Origin: Tubulanus polymorphus
Lineage: Eukaryota > Animalia > Nemertea
DNA length: 64,000 nt
NCBI RefSeq assembly: GCF_964204645.1
Contig: NC_134027.1
Span: forward strand, 18,004,560 to 18,068,559
Direction of reading: 5' to 3'
Below, in pieces: positions 22,701 through 33,816 of this stretch. Every line of letters starts with the position of its first letter. Positions within the stretch are counted from its first letter, which is position 1. Below the pieces are notes generated by a model, which saw only the letters and a list, made by a program, of their open reading frames with translations, was not told the DNA's origin and searched no databases. The position numbers were made by a program, and so were the translations under genes.

Positions 22701-23416
22701 TATATCTCAATTTATAGCGCATCTGTTTCTGTCAGGTTACAGCAGTCCCTCTATTTTTTCATACATTTCAGCAATAAGCTTTTACCATAAATCGGCTCGC
22801 CTACCTGAGTAATAGGGGTTTAGTTGTTTCATACCAAAGGTCAAGAGGTCGAGCTCGTAAAAAATGAAAATAACAATAATTTCCAGTTGAATTAGTCGCG
22901 CACACTCCTAATTCAACTAGAAATGAACATAATTTACATGAATTTCATATATTTTAAAATCATTTATATGTTAATTACAAAAGTGTGAGTAAAGTGTGAG
23001 TAATAATTCATATTTTAACTGATTTCGAGTAAAAATATAAATAAAATAAATGGATAACTAAAAGAGTATTAAATTAACGAGTAATTAACGAGCTCTTATA
23101 GAATAGATAGATAGATATATTTTAAACATATTTCAATATTTTTATTTGTATGAGTTAGATTTTTAAACATAAAAAGTGTGAGTAAAGTGTGAGTGAAATA
23201 ATTCATATTTAAAACAGTGAATATTTATATTTATATGTGTTAAATTCTTATTTTCAGTATAAAAGTAACGAGTAATTAACGAGTGAAATAATTCATATTT
23301 AAAACAGTGAATATTTATATTTATATGTGTTAAATTATTGATTTTTAATATAAAAAGTAACGAGTAATCAACGAGTGAAATAATTCATATTTAAAACATT
23401 GAATATTTATATTTAA

Positions 23417-24067
23417 ATGAGTTTTAATGAAAGTTTTGTTATTAAAATGAAGAAAGAAGAAGAAGAACCCAACTTTAAAATCGAAATCAATGAAACCAAT
23501 AAATCATTTTCACAGTTTAACATTAAAAATTATATTTCAGCAACAAATTTAGTGTCCGCAAGGTATTATGAAATTGATAACATTACTATGATTAATCAAT
23601 TATCATCAAATGAAACGTATTTAATTACTGAACTTATTGATACTTTTGATAATGGAATAAAAAATCCTAAAATATTCAATACAGTTTTAAATTTTAAAGG
23701 AACTTTAGATGAAAACATAATTAATATTCTTAAAATTCCTTTGAATGAAAGAAATGATGATATAATACTTTCAAAAGATTATAATGATTTGATTAACTTA
23801 AGAATTGAAAGAAGACAATTATATTATTTCAATTTTGATAATAAACAAATTATCTATAATGAAAATTCATCAAATATTGGAATTCAATGTGAATTAGATA
23901 ATGAAAAATCATTTAAAGATATTGCAGTTCAATGTTATTTAGATGATGAATTTAGAAAATTCAATCCTAATGAAAAAGTGCATTGTTATTGCGGAGGTAA
24001 ATATTTAAAATCACATAAATCAAAGCATTATGAAACAATTAAACATAAAAACTGGCGTAAAGAGTAA
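23417..24067 (+). CDS. Hypothetical protein with C-terminal zinc finger
   Basis: HCYCGGKY...HKSKHYETIKH; its 5' 85 codons are duplicated in the right TIR (25930-26190). Confidence 0.65.
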   Translation: MSFNESFVIKMKKEEEEPNFKIEINETNKSFSQFNIKNYISATNLVSARYYEIDNITMINQLSSNETYLITELIDTFDNGIKNPKIFNTVLNFKGTLDENIINILKIPLNERNDDIILSKDYNDLINLRIERRQLYYFNFDNKQIIYNENSSNIGIQCELDNEKSFKDIAVQCYLDDEFRKFNPNEKVHCYCGGKYLKSHKSKHYETIKHKNWRKE

Positions 24068-24118
24068 CAATTCTACATTATAATTATTGAATTGAGTTAA
24101 ATGATTTAAATATCTGAT

Positions 24119-24722
24119 AGACTGTTAAAATGATAAATTGTTTGACAGTTGAAATGATAAATTGTTTGACAGTTGAAATGATGAATTGTTTGACAGTTGA
24201 AATGATAAATTGTTTGACAGTTGAAATGATAAATTGTTTGGCAGTTGAAATGATAAATTGTTTGACAGTTGAAATAATAAATTTTTTGACAGTTGAAATG
24301 ATAAATTGTTTGACAGTTGAAATGATAAATTGTTTGACAGTTGAAATGATAAATTGTTTGACAGTTGATATGATAAATTGTTTGACAGTTGAAATGTTAA
24401 ATTGTTTGACTGTTAAAATGTTAAATTGTTCGACTGTTAAAATAATAAATTGTTTGGCGGTTGAAATGATAAATTGTTTGACAGTTGAAATGTTAAATTG
24501 TTTGACTGTTAAAATGTTAAATTGTTCGACTGTTAAAATGTTAAATTGTTTGGCGGTTGAAATGATAAATTGTTTGACAGTTGAAATGTTAAATTGTTTG
24601 ACTGTTAAAATGTTAAATTGTTCGACTGTTGAAATGTTAAATTGTTAGACTGTTGAAATGTTAAATTGTTTGACTGTTGAAATATTAAATTGTTAGACTG
24701 TTGAAATGTTAAATTGTTTGGT
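24119..24722. repeat. 24-bp minisatellite, about 25 copies
   Basis: Unit ATGATAAATTGTTTGACAGTTGAA, drifting to ATGTTAAATTGTTCGACTGTT(A/G)AA. Confidence 0.95.
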
Positions 24723-25110
24723 TGTAAATTTAATTGTTATTTGATTTAATCATTTAAAAGTTTAATATTTTTAAAATGATTATAAAATATTTAATTAAAA
24801 ACTAGCAAATATTTTATAAACTGTTTAATTTCTTTCTTAAATAAATGGATGGTTTCATCCCAACTGGGAAAAGTGATTTGAAACATTATTTAGTAGCAGG
24901 AGGATTAATATTGGCTGCGCTTTTCTTTTATTATGAAAATATCAGTAAGGATTTGATTAATGAAATTATAAAATTGAGCAAGAAATGAAAGAAGTAAAAT
25001 GGACACAACCACAGAAAAAATAACAATAAAAAAGTTAATGATTTAAATGATTTGGAGGATTAAAACAGCATCTTTGAATGCAATTTATTCTATATATTTT
25101 GACTATAAAA

Positions 25111-25416
25111 ATGAGTGAAAATAAGGTATTAGAAATATTACATCTAATATATAAAAATCAACAGAATATTAAATCAATTATTATGATTTCAGGTTTATTT
25201 TCATTCTCAGTTTATACTATAAAACAGTTGTTAGAATTCTATGATTGCTGTAAAATTAGATACACTGAATTAATAGAAAATATGAATTATATTTCAGATA
25301 GATTGAATAATATCAAATGCTGTGAAATATGCAATAAAAGATATAAAAATAAAAAATCATTAAGGAATCAGATGTATCTTCACGAACTTGATGAAACATT
25401 ATATGAATCAAAATAA
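25111..25416 (+). CDS. Small protein with degenerate C2H2 finger
   Basis: CEICNKRYKNKKSLRNQMYLH. Confidence 0.45.
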   Translation: MSENKVLEILHLIYKNQQNIKSIIMISGLFSFSVYTIKQLLEFYDCCKIRYTELIENMNYISDRLNNIKCCEICNKRYKNKKSLRNQMYLHELDETLYESK

Positions 25417-25800
25417 GAAATCGACTGTTAAATTAGCTGAAAATATAAAATATATTAGTTGAAATGTATGAAAATGAGTAAATTATATTTATGTTAAAAA
25501 AGGAGGGTTGAGGTATCAATGTATTAAATATGTATTAAATACGTATCAAATACGTATTAATGGTATTAAATACATATTATGCTTTATTTCTGAAAATGAA
25601 GTAACAGAAGTAATTTATGTTTTAATTCATTCAAGTATGATATTGTAAATTCTTTACATTTGACTAGGATAATACAAGAGCGATATTAGTTAGTTGGCTT
25701 ATTCAATAAGAGAAACAATGAAATAATACAAGAGTGATACTAACAGTTAAAGTTATTTAATTTCTTGTTAAATCTATTTGAATTCTAGTCAAGTCTTGTT

Positions 25801-25930
25801 AACCAATAGCGTGAATAGAAATCAAAAAGATTTAAATAAAAAAACAATAAGTTACTTTATCTAATACTAACTTATTTAACTTATTGTTTTTTTATTTAAA
25901 TCTTTTTGATTTCTATTCACGCTATTGGTT
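25801..25930. repeat. Perfect 54-bp-arm inverted repeat
   Basis: 25801-25854 is the exact reverse complement of 25877-25930. Confidence 0.95.
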
Positions 25931-27406
25931 TACAAGAATTTAGGATTTTTGATTCCATTATCAAAAGTATCAATTAGTTCAGTAATTAAATATGTTTCAT
26001 TTGATGATATTTGATTAATCACAGTAATGTTATCAATTTTATAATACCTTGCGGACACTAAATTTGTTGCTGAAATATAATTTTTAATGTTAAACTGTGA
26101 AAACGATTTATTGGTTTCATTGATTTCGATTTTAAAGTTAGGTTCTTCTTCTTTCTTCATTTTAATTACAAAACTTTTATTAAAACTCATTCAAAGATAA
26201 ATATTCAATGTTTTAAATATGAATTATTTCACTCGTTAATTACTCGTCACTTTTATACTGAAAATAAGAATTTAACACATTTAAATATAAATATTCACTG
26301 TTTTAAATATGAATTATTTCACTCACACTTTTTATGTTTAAAAATCTAACTCATACAAATATAAATATTGAAATATGTTTAAAATATATCTATCTATCTA
26401 TTCTATAAGAGCTCGTTAATTACTCGTTATTTTTATACTCTTTTAGTTATCCATTTATTTAACTTATATTTTTACTCGAAATCTGTTAAAATATGAATTA
26501 TTACTCACACTTTTGTAATTAACATATAAATGATTTTAAAATATATGAAATTCATGTAAATTATGTTCATTTCTAGTTGAACTCGGAGTGTGCGCGACTA
26601 ATTCAACTGGAAATTATTGTTATTTTCATTTTTTACAAGCTCGACCTCTGGACCTTTGGTATGAAACAACTAAACCCCTATTACTTACCTGACCCCACTG
26701 CATCTTTCTTTATAAGAAAACTCCTAAAAGGCGTCGCAAATTCCATCCCGAGCAGCCCTGACGCCCGTTTACCCATTACAATAGATATTTTGACTCGGTT
26801 GGTTGCCGCGATACCCGTCGTAATGGGCGAGGGCTTCGACGGTATCTTGCTCAAGTCTAGGTTCGTCTTGTGTTTTCATGCATTTTTGCGGGTCGGCGAG
26901 ATATCGGTTAAGTCTAGTGGCCATGCGACTAAGGTATTACATAAACATCAGGTCACCTTGTTCCATGGTCCTAATTCAACGCCGATGTTACGCGTCTGCA
27001 GCACGGACTACAAGCATAGCGATTTGATACCAAAACCATTGCTGTTGCCAAAGCATTCAAACCCATCCGTTTGTCTGGTCACAATTATATCTCATTACCT
27101 CCATGTGAGCAAGCATACGTCCGGTCCATTTTTTCAATTTCGAGATGGTGCAGCTGTATCGTATGTTTTTTTTGCAAAATCGCTAAAAAGTTGATATCAT
27201 TTCTCGGCCTGCCAGCTATACATCGCATAGATTTCGGATTGGCGCCGCAACCAATGCCGCAACGAACGGGGTCCCCGAGCCAGTCATTCGAGAGTTAGGA
27301 CGATGCAATTCAGACGCTTTCAAACGATACATTAGAATCAGTCCGGCCGGGACGGGACAGCACTAATGACGCATTGACGCAATTTTAAATGTTAAACTTT
27401 AATTTT

Positions 27407-27852
27407 GAGGGCCAGATTTTGTCTGCCTCATGTCGTTACCTTGTTTATGTATTAAATAATGATTTTCCAAAGTAATTTGATAGCTTTGAGGAGGCCCAGA
27501 TGTTAGTCTGCCTCCCTGTGTACGTATGTACTCAACTATGTATGTACAATTATATGTACATAACCCTAGTATATGTTAATTTATATCTTATGTGTGACAA
27601 TCTTGTGCTTTTAAATTTAATGAATGGTATTAGTTTCAATTTGAATTCATACGTTTTTTGGAGAGCCACAATATTTCCCTGCCTCCACGGGATATTCAAA
27701 ATCGTATCATAAGGTCTTACTCAAATACGGTTCATAATATTTGCTTAATCATAATGTTTGGTTGAGGGCCAGATGTTGTCTGCTTCACCATCCAATACTA
27801 AAACTAAATTACACACGTATCATTCGTAAGAGGGCCAGATGTTGTCTGCCTC
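27407..27852 (+). repeat. Five dispersed ~23-bp hairpin repeats downstream of the recombinase
   Basis: GAGGGCCAGATGTTGTCTGCCTC variants at 27407, ~27490, ~27660, 27764 and 27830. Confidence 0.8.
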
Positions 27853-28342
27853 GTATGTCTATGTTACAGACTCACCCCTCTCTTGAGATATGGAAACGAC
27901 CCCGGTTTGGCCTGGATGTTTGTTTCAAACATCTTGTGGCGATTTTTTGGCCAAACTTTTCGCAAAATATATACATGTATGTTTCAATTTGCAACAATTT
28001 TGTAATAAACTTAGTTTCACCAGTCATTTATACTAATAAATGACCTTTATCAATCAACTACATGTCTTGTTTATTTTGCTTCAAACAAAGCTCGTCGTTT
28101 TCCATTTCTCACGGAGCGGGGATATCATAAATGAGTTATATTTTTGTAGAGAATAAAATGTTTTGTGAGATCACGCGGAGTCACGTGTTACTTATCAGTT
28201 GTCAGTTACTCCTTGCCTCCGCCCCTCCTGACAACGTAGCGAAGCATTCCCTCGGAGAAACACGAAATACTTCGTTATTTTCACTGACTTCAATTCAATA
28301 TCCCACCCTTAATTCCCTCCCCTTTTCTTATGTGATAATTCG

Positions 28343-28741
28343 AATGCGCGGTTTTGCTCAGTGGTATGATTTAGATATTACATGTCGGTTGTTTCTATTT
28401 ACATAATGAGTATATAATTATGATTAACGCATGCGCATTGAGCAAAACCGCGCATGAATGCGCGGTTTGCCTAATGCAAACACGTTTAGATATTTCATGT
28501 CGGTTGTTTCTATTTTACAGAATTTACATAATGAATATATAATTATGATTAACGCATGCGCATTGAGCAAAACCGCGCATGAATGCGCGGTTTGCCTAAT
28601 GCGAACACGTTTAGATATTTCATGTCGGTTGTTTCTATTTTACAGAATTTACATAATGAATATATAATTATGATTAACGCATGCGCATTGAGCAAAACCG
28701 CGCATGAATGCGCGGTTTGCCCAGTGGTATTATTTAGATAT
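28343..28741. repeat. 125-bp tandem repeat (~3.2 copies) with internal palindrome
   Basis: GCAAAACCGCGCATGAATGCGCGGTTTGC recurs every 125 bp. Confidence 0.9.
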
Positions 28742-28858
28742 CAAGGAATCGAAACAATTTATCAAAAGCAGCGAGGAATGAAAAAGGATGACGTTGGTCG
28801 AAGAAATGGAAGAGGATTCTAAAATATTAACCAATTTAGTAAAAAATACGTATAATAA

Positions 28859-29537
28859 ATGGAACCAGAACAACCACAAACTATCAATATTACAAATAAC
28901 ACTGGTGTTATAAATATATATTACAAGAAGTGTTCTAAATGTGAATTAGATAAATTAGCGTTAACAGAATTTAGTAAGCGTAAGATTAGCGAAGATGGTT
29001 TTCAATATTGTTGTAAAACTTGTTTTAAACTATATACCAAACAATATCGAGAAGATAATAGAGAAGCTTATAATGATTATATGACAGAATATATGAGAGA
29101 AAGATATCAAACAGATCTTAATTTTAGATTGAAACAATGCTTAATGATCTAGATTAACACAATTATTCAACAAAGAAACGCATTCAGAAACACTATCTAA
29201 TTTATTGGGTTGTTCAGATGAATTTTTCAAATCATGGATAATATATCAATTCGATGATAAAATGAATATAGATAATTATGGGGATTATTACCATATTGAT
29301 CACGTGTTACCAATATCTAAATTTAACATGAATGATGAATACAATAAAAAACTTATTTGTGGTTGGAAAAATTTAAGGCCTTTAGAAAAGAAAGAAAGTC
29401 AAATCAAATCTAATAAACTAGATTTACAGTTATATTTAGAACAGTTAACAAAGGCAAAGAAATTTATTGATCAATGGAACAATGATCCAAATAATGAACA
29501 ATACGTTGAGGAATTTGATATCAAGGATCCGAAATGA
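28859..29537 (+). pseudogene. HNH-type endonuclease (frameshifted)
   Basis: CSKC, CCKTC, HIDHVLPISKF and WKNLRPL motifs. Confidence 0.7.
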
Positions 29538-29839
29538 CTTATCTGGACAGTTATAATTACTGCTCCTAATAGATAGACAATAGTAGTGATATATCAAATA
29601 GAATTCAAATAAAATATATTAAAAAAACCATAACTTCAACTATCTATTATTTCTATTTTAATTTTTAATATTTTCTTTTCCAAAAGAGAATACTTTATAT
29701 CACAAATAAAAAATACTAAAAAAACAATAACTAATACTAAAATTCTTTACCTTTAACTAAGCTAGTATTAATCTAAAGAGATACTGGTATCATTTTATAA
29801 TACTTATAATATTTTTCTTATTAAATTTCTCTAATATAA

Positions 29840-30453
29840 ATGTCAAAGAAATCGAGTAAGAATAGTATTGATATTGAAAAGACATTAGATGATTTGGGTA
29901 TAAGTGATAATAAAGATACAGTTGTAACTAATTGTGCTCAAGTTAATTGTAATATTGATTATGAATACTACTTATATTGTAAGCATCATCTAGAACTATT
30001 GATTGCCGGTGGAAAAACTAAGGAGTTTTTAAATAGAATCATTACTTTTCAATACTAGACTCTATGAAACCAGATAAAGTAATCAAATATTTTAAGATTT
30101 ATGAAGAGGCAAGATTAGCTAGAATAAATGATTCTATTTCAGATGGTATTGTCAAATGTTATTCTAAGTTATGTAACCGGTTAATACCAATTGATGATGA
30201 AAATAAATTATATAGTGATTTGAAAAATGACTACATAGTTATGACTGAATTACAAAAATGGGTTGGTTATGCTTCATTTCAATTAGGATCGGTTATGACA
30301 TTAATTTCTACTGGCGTCATAACATTTTCGAACATCAAGCCTATGGAATATAAATCAGGTAACAATGAAACAAATGACGCTGTACTACAACCAAACGCCG
30401 AAAGAGAAAATGAATCAGAACCAGAACAAAAATTAACTAAAATAAATGAGTGA
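29840..30453 (+). pseudogene. Conserved Maverick hypothetical protein (interrupted)
   Basis: Near-identical to 3476-4048. Confidence 0.7.
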
Positions 30454-30805
30454 TGGAGTTAAGAAAAAGGCTAGATCCGAGAAACAAATTAAATGGGCAA
30501 GAGAATTAGGTAAAAGATCTTCAGAATTAAAAAAAGCTAAGACAAAGAAATTAACTGATATAAATGAATCACCTGATATTGATTCAAATAATAATCCATC
30601 TGATTCTTCTAATGCTGGAAGTAATTATAAATAATATATTACAATTGGATTAGTAACAGTTATTATATTATCCGGTGTAATATATAAATCAAAATTCAAA
30701 TCTGATGATAAAGATGATTCCAATGATAATAAACCTATTATACCAGAAAATAAGTCAAATGATAAAGTCATTGAAAATAAACCAAGATTATTATTAATGG
30801 ATTAA
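30446..30805 (+). pseudogene. Small single-TM Maverick protein (interrupted)
   Basis: KKARSEKQIKW motif; homolog of 8703-9059. Confidence 0.6.
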
Positions 30806-30811
30806 AAGAAG

Positions 30812-31882
30812 ATGAAAAAAGAACAATATTTAAGAGAGTCATATTATAACCCAGAGAGTGAAGTATCATATTCTAACGTTACAGAATTATGGGGTAAAAT
30901 TAATTCTGATAATGAAAATGGTAATATAAAATATAGTGAATTGAAATCATGGTTACAAAATCAACCAACATATCAAATCCACAAGAAAATGGATAAAACT
31001 TATTTAACAAGAAAAGTTATGGTTTCATATATCGATCAACAATGGCAAGTAGATTTAATTGACATGAAGAACTTAGAAGAATACAACAGAGGATATTTCT
31101 GGATATTGAATGTTATAGACATATTCAGTAGATACGCATGGTCAATTCCAATCAAAAATAAAACTGGTATAGAAGTGACAAATGCTTTTAAATCAATATT
31201 TAAAGAAGCTATTCCAGATAAGATACAATTTGATGAAGGTAAAGAATTTTATAATAAAAATTTAAAAAAACTATTATCTGATAACGATGTAGATTATTTT
31301 TCAACACACTCAGATAAGAAAGCATCTGTTATAGAAAGATTTAATAAAACATTGAAAACTGCTAATGAAACATATAAATATATCGATGTATTAGATTATT
31401 TAGTGAAAGGTTATAATAATTCTAAACATAGTTCTATAAATATGAAACCTATACAAGCTAGAAAAGAAGATAATTCAGAAATAGTTTGGAATAATTTATA
31501 TGGCGCATTTGTTACACATGATTTCGGAGAACCTAGATTCAAAATTGGACAACACGTTAGAATATCTAAATATAGAAAAACATTTTATAAAGGTTATACC
31601 CCTAATTTTACAGAAGAAATATTCAAGATTATAAAGATAATATTAACTTACCCATTTGTTTATAAACTAGAAGATCTAAAAGATGAAGAAATATTAGGTT
31701 ATTTCTATGAACAAGAATTATCACTTGTACCAAACCCAGATGAAATAGAATACAAAATAGAAAAAGTATTGAAATCAAAAATTCTTAAAGGAAAAAAGTA
31801 TTCTTTGGTGAAATATAAAGGATATGATGATAAATTTAATGAATGGATTTTATCTAGTAAAATTAAAAAAATAAATGAATAA
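30812..31882 (+). CDS. Retroviral-like DDE integrase with chromodomain
   Basis: WQVDL, QFDEGKEF and IERFN catalytic motifs; 7-aa in-frame deletion (RMWKYFT) relative to A and D. Confidence 0.92.
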   Translation: MKKEQYLRESYYNPESEVSYSNVTELWGKINSDNENGNIKYSELKSWLQNQPTYQIHKKMDKTYLTRKVMVSYIDQQWQVDLIDMKNLEEYNRGYFWILNVIDIFSRYAWSIPIKNKTGIEVTNAFKSIFKEAIPDKIQFDEGKEFYNKNLKKLLSDNDVDYFSTHSDKKASVIERFNKTLKTANETYKYIDVLDYLVKGYNNSKHSSINMKPIQARKEDNSEIVWNNLYGAFVTHDFGEPRFKIGQHVRISKYRKTFYKGYTPNFTEEIFKIIKIILTYPFVYKLEDLKDEEILGYFYEQELSLVPNPDEIEYKIEKVLKSKILKGKKYSLVKYKGYDDKFNEWILSSKIKKINE

Positions 31883-32486
31883 AGATTTATTTATATTTGA
31901 ACCGGATAATATGTTAGTTACTGGGGTAACAAACTGTGGTAAAACACATTTCATATTAGATTTGTTAGAAACTATTTATAAGAATCATTTTGATAATATA
32001 ATATTATTCTGTCCTACTTATGAAATGAATAAAACATATAATAGAGATATAGTTAAAATAAAAACGTTTATTATATTAGATCCTAAAACAGTAAAAGAAA
32101 ATTTAGATAATTGTATAAAAATAGCAATTGATACTTATAAAGGATCAAATACATTATTCATTGTAGATGATTGCGCAAATTTACATGATTCAAAAGTGAG
32201 AGAAAGTGAGTTATGTTATTAAGCTTTCTCTGGAAGACATTTCGGGATAACAACATGGGTTTTAAATCAAAAATATAATACAATTGTTAAAGACTTTAGG
32301 GAGAATATAAGATTTCTAGTTTTATTTTATAACAAAGATAGAAAATCTATGCAACAATCATTGGAAGAAAATCAAATTATACCTACTGAATTACATGATG
32401 AATATATGAATAAATTAAAGAATAATAAAGGTTCAAAATTATTACTGAAATTACAATTTCCATATGAATATAAATTTATAAAATAA
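31875..32486 (+). pseudogene. Packaging ATPase (one internal stop at 32220)
   Basis: GVTNCGKT and FIVDD; collinear with 1443-2054. Confidence 0.9.
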
Positions 32487-32881
32487 CTATTTATATACCT
32501 ATGTATTAGATACCCTATTAGATACCCCAATACCTGATACTTCTATTAGATACCCTATTAGATACCTTAAATACTTAAACCCCCTTTTTTAAAATAAATA
32601 TTATTTATACAATTTTCAACCAATTTATTTTTATTTTTTCAACTAATATATGAATAAGTTTGAAAATAATAAAGGTTATTTATTATTACTGAGGTTTCAA
32701 TTTCCATATGAATATCAGTTTATAAAATAAGATATTTTATGTATTAGATTGTATTAGATTGTATTAGATATGTATTAGATACCTTAAATACCTTAAATAC
32801 TTAAAACCCCCTTTTTTATTTACTATTATTTTATACAATTTTCAACCAATATTATAATTTGTGTTAAATATAATTAATATT

Positions 32882-33784
32882 TTAATCACTTTCACTACCA
32901 GACCCTAACAATTTATTCAAATTCTCTACCGAATTTTCTTCTTCAAATTCTTTATTATTTTTATACTTTTTCATCCTTTTTACCGAATCATCAATAGTTG
33001 TTTCATTGTTATGCTTATTCATCCAATCAAATTTATCATTATTTTCTACTTTATGTTTCATTGAATCTTTAATATCAATATGCTTATCTGTAACTATATC
33101 ACCATGTGGGTGCCGTATGGCACCATCTTCATTATTATCTTTATTAGTGTTTGCTCCTAATATTTCATTTACAGTGTTTGGTTTTAATATTACATTAGCA
33201 TCGGTTAGATCTAATTCATCTTTATTAGGTGTTGCTAATAATAAATCTTCATATATTTTTTCACCATTTACTTTTTGATTTGAAACAAACTTTGTAACAT
33301 ATCTAAATGGGTGTTCTATAAATTCTTTTAAACCAACACGTTCTATAACATTATTTATATGTACCCTTGTATTCATATGTTTATTCCAATTTGATGTAGC
33401 GTTTGAAAATTCACTTTTACAATATCCACAATAATTTCTATTTTCACTAACATTTAATATTATTTCATTATTAGATGTAGTATGTATTACATTATTAGAT
33501 GCAGTAGGTATTACATTATTAGATGTAGTAGGTATTACATTATTAGATGTAGTAGGTATTACATTATTAGATGTAGAAGGTATTACATTATTATCAATTA
33601 CATTACTTAAATTATCAACAACACCACTTTTATTATTATAGATTTCTATTAGTTTAGTTTTATAAATTTTGAAAATAGGATCAAATATCAAAGCTATATT
33701 ACAAGGTATTACATAATATAAACCATCATTATTTTCATGTGTATCGATGTATGGAATATGTTTATATACTTTACCTCCTTCCAT
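32882..33784 (-). CDS. Accessory protein with NNVIPTTS repeats and zinc finger
   Basis: Homolog of 92-937; 5 repeat copies. Confidence 0.75.
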   Translation of the reverse strand: MEGGKVYKHIPYIDTHENNDGLYYVIPCNIALIFDPIFKIYKTKLIEIYNNKSGVVDNLSNVIDNNVIPSTSNNVIPTTSNNVIPTTSNNVIPTASNNVIHTTSNNEIILNVSENRNYCGYCKSEFSNATSNWNKHMNTRVHINNVIERVGLKEFIEHPFRYVTKFVSNQKVNGEKIYEDLLLATPNKDELDLTDANVILKPNTVNEILGANTNKDNNEDGAIRHPHGDIVTDKHIDIKDSMKHKVENNDKFDWMNKHNNETTIDDSVKRMKKYKNNKEFEEENSVENLNKLLGSGSESD

Positions 33785-33816
33785 TTATTATATAAATTTT
33801 TACTAAAGTTAAAATT

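Larger units (their letters stand above)
22808..26685. mobile_element. Non-autonomous Maverick derivative E (3.9 kb)
   Basis: AGTAATAGGGG...CCCCTATTACT ends, TSD TACCTG (22802-22807 and 26686-26691), long TIRs (~22808-23672 and ~25932-26685), no core genes. Confidence 0.93.
7750..27366 (+). pseudogene. DIRS/Ngaro tyrosine recombinase split by two Maverick insertions (pieces 7750-7902, 22707-22807, 26692-27366)
   Basis: Removing both insertions and one copy of each TSD gives the continuous frame SEDTISQFIAHLFLSGYSSPSIFSYISAISFYHKSARLPDPTASFFIRKLLKG. FHAFLRVGE, SHRFRIGAAT and AFKRYIR motifs follow. Confidence 0.9.

Noticed and set aside
24130-24648. 172-aa MINCLTVE repeat ORF
   Set aside because: By-product of a stop-free 24-bp minisatellite; the array continues past the stop codon.
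26577-27194. Maverick-encoded tyrosine recombinase
   Set aside because: The first ~36 codons are TIR read-through; the recombinase belongs to the interrupted retroelement outside the TSD.
27407-27852. CRISPR array
   Set aside because: Irregular spacer lengths (43-145 bp), degenerate repeats, no cas genes, eukaryotic context.
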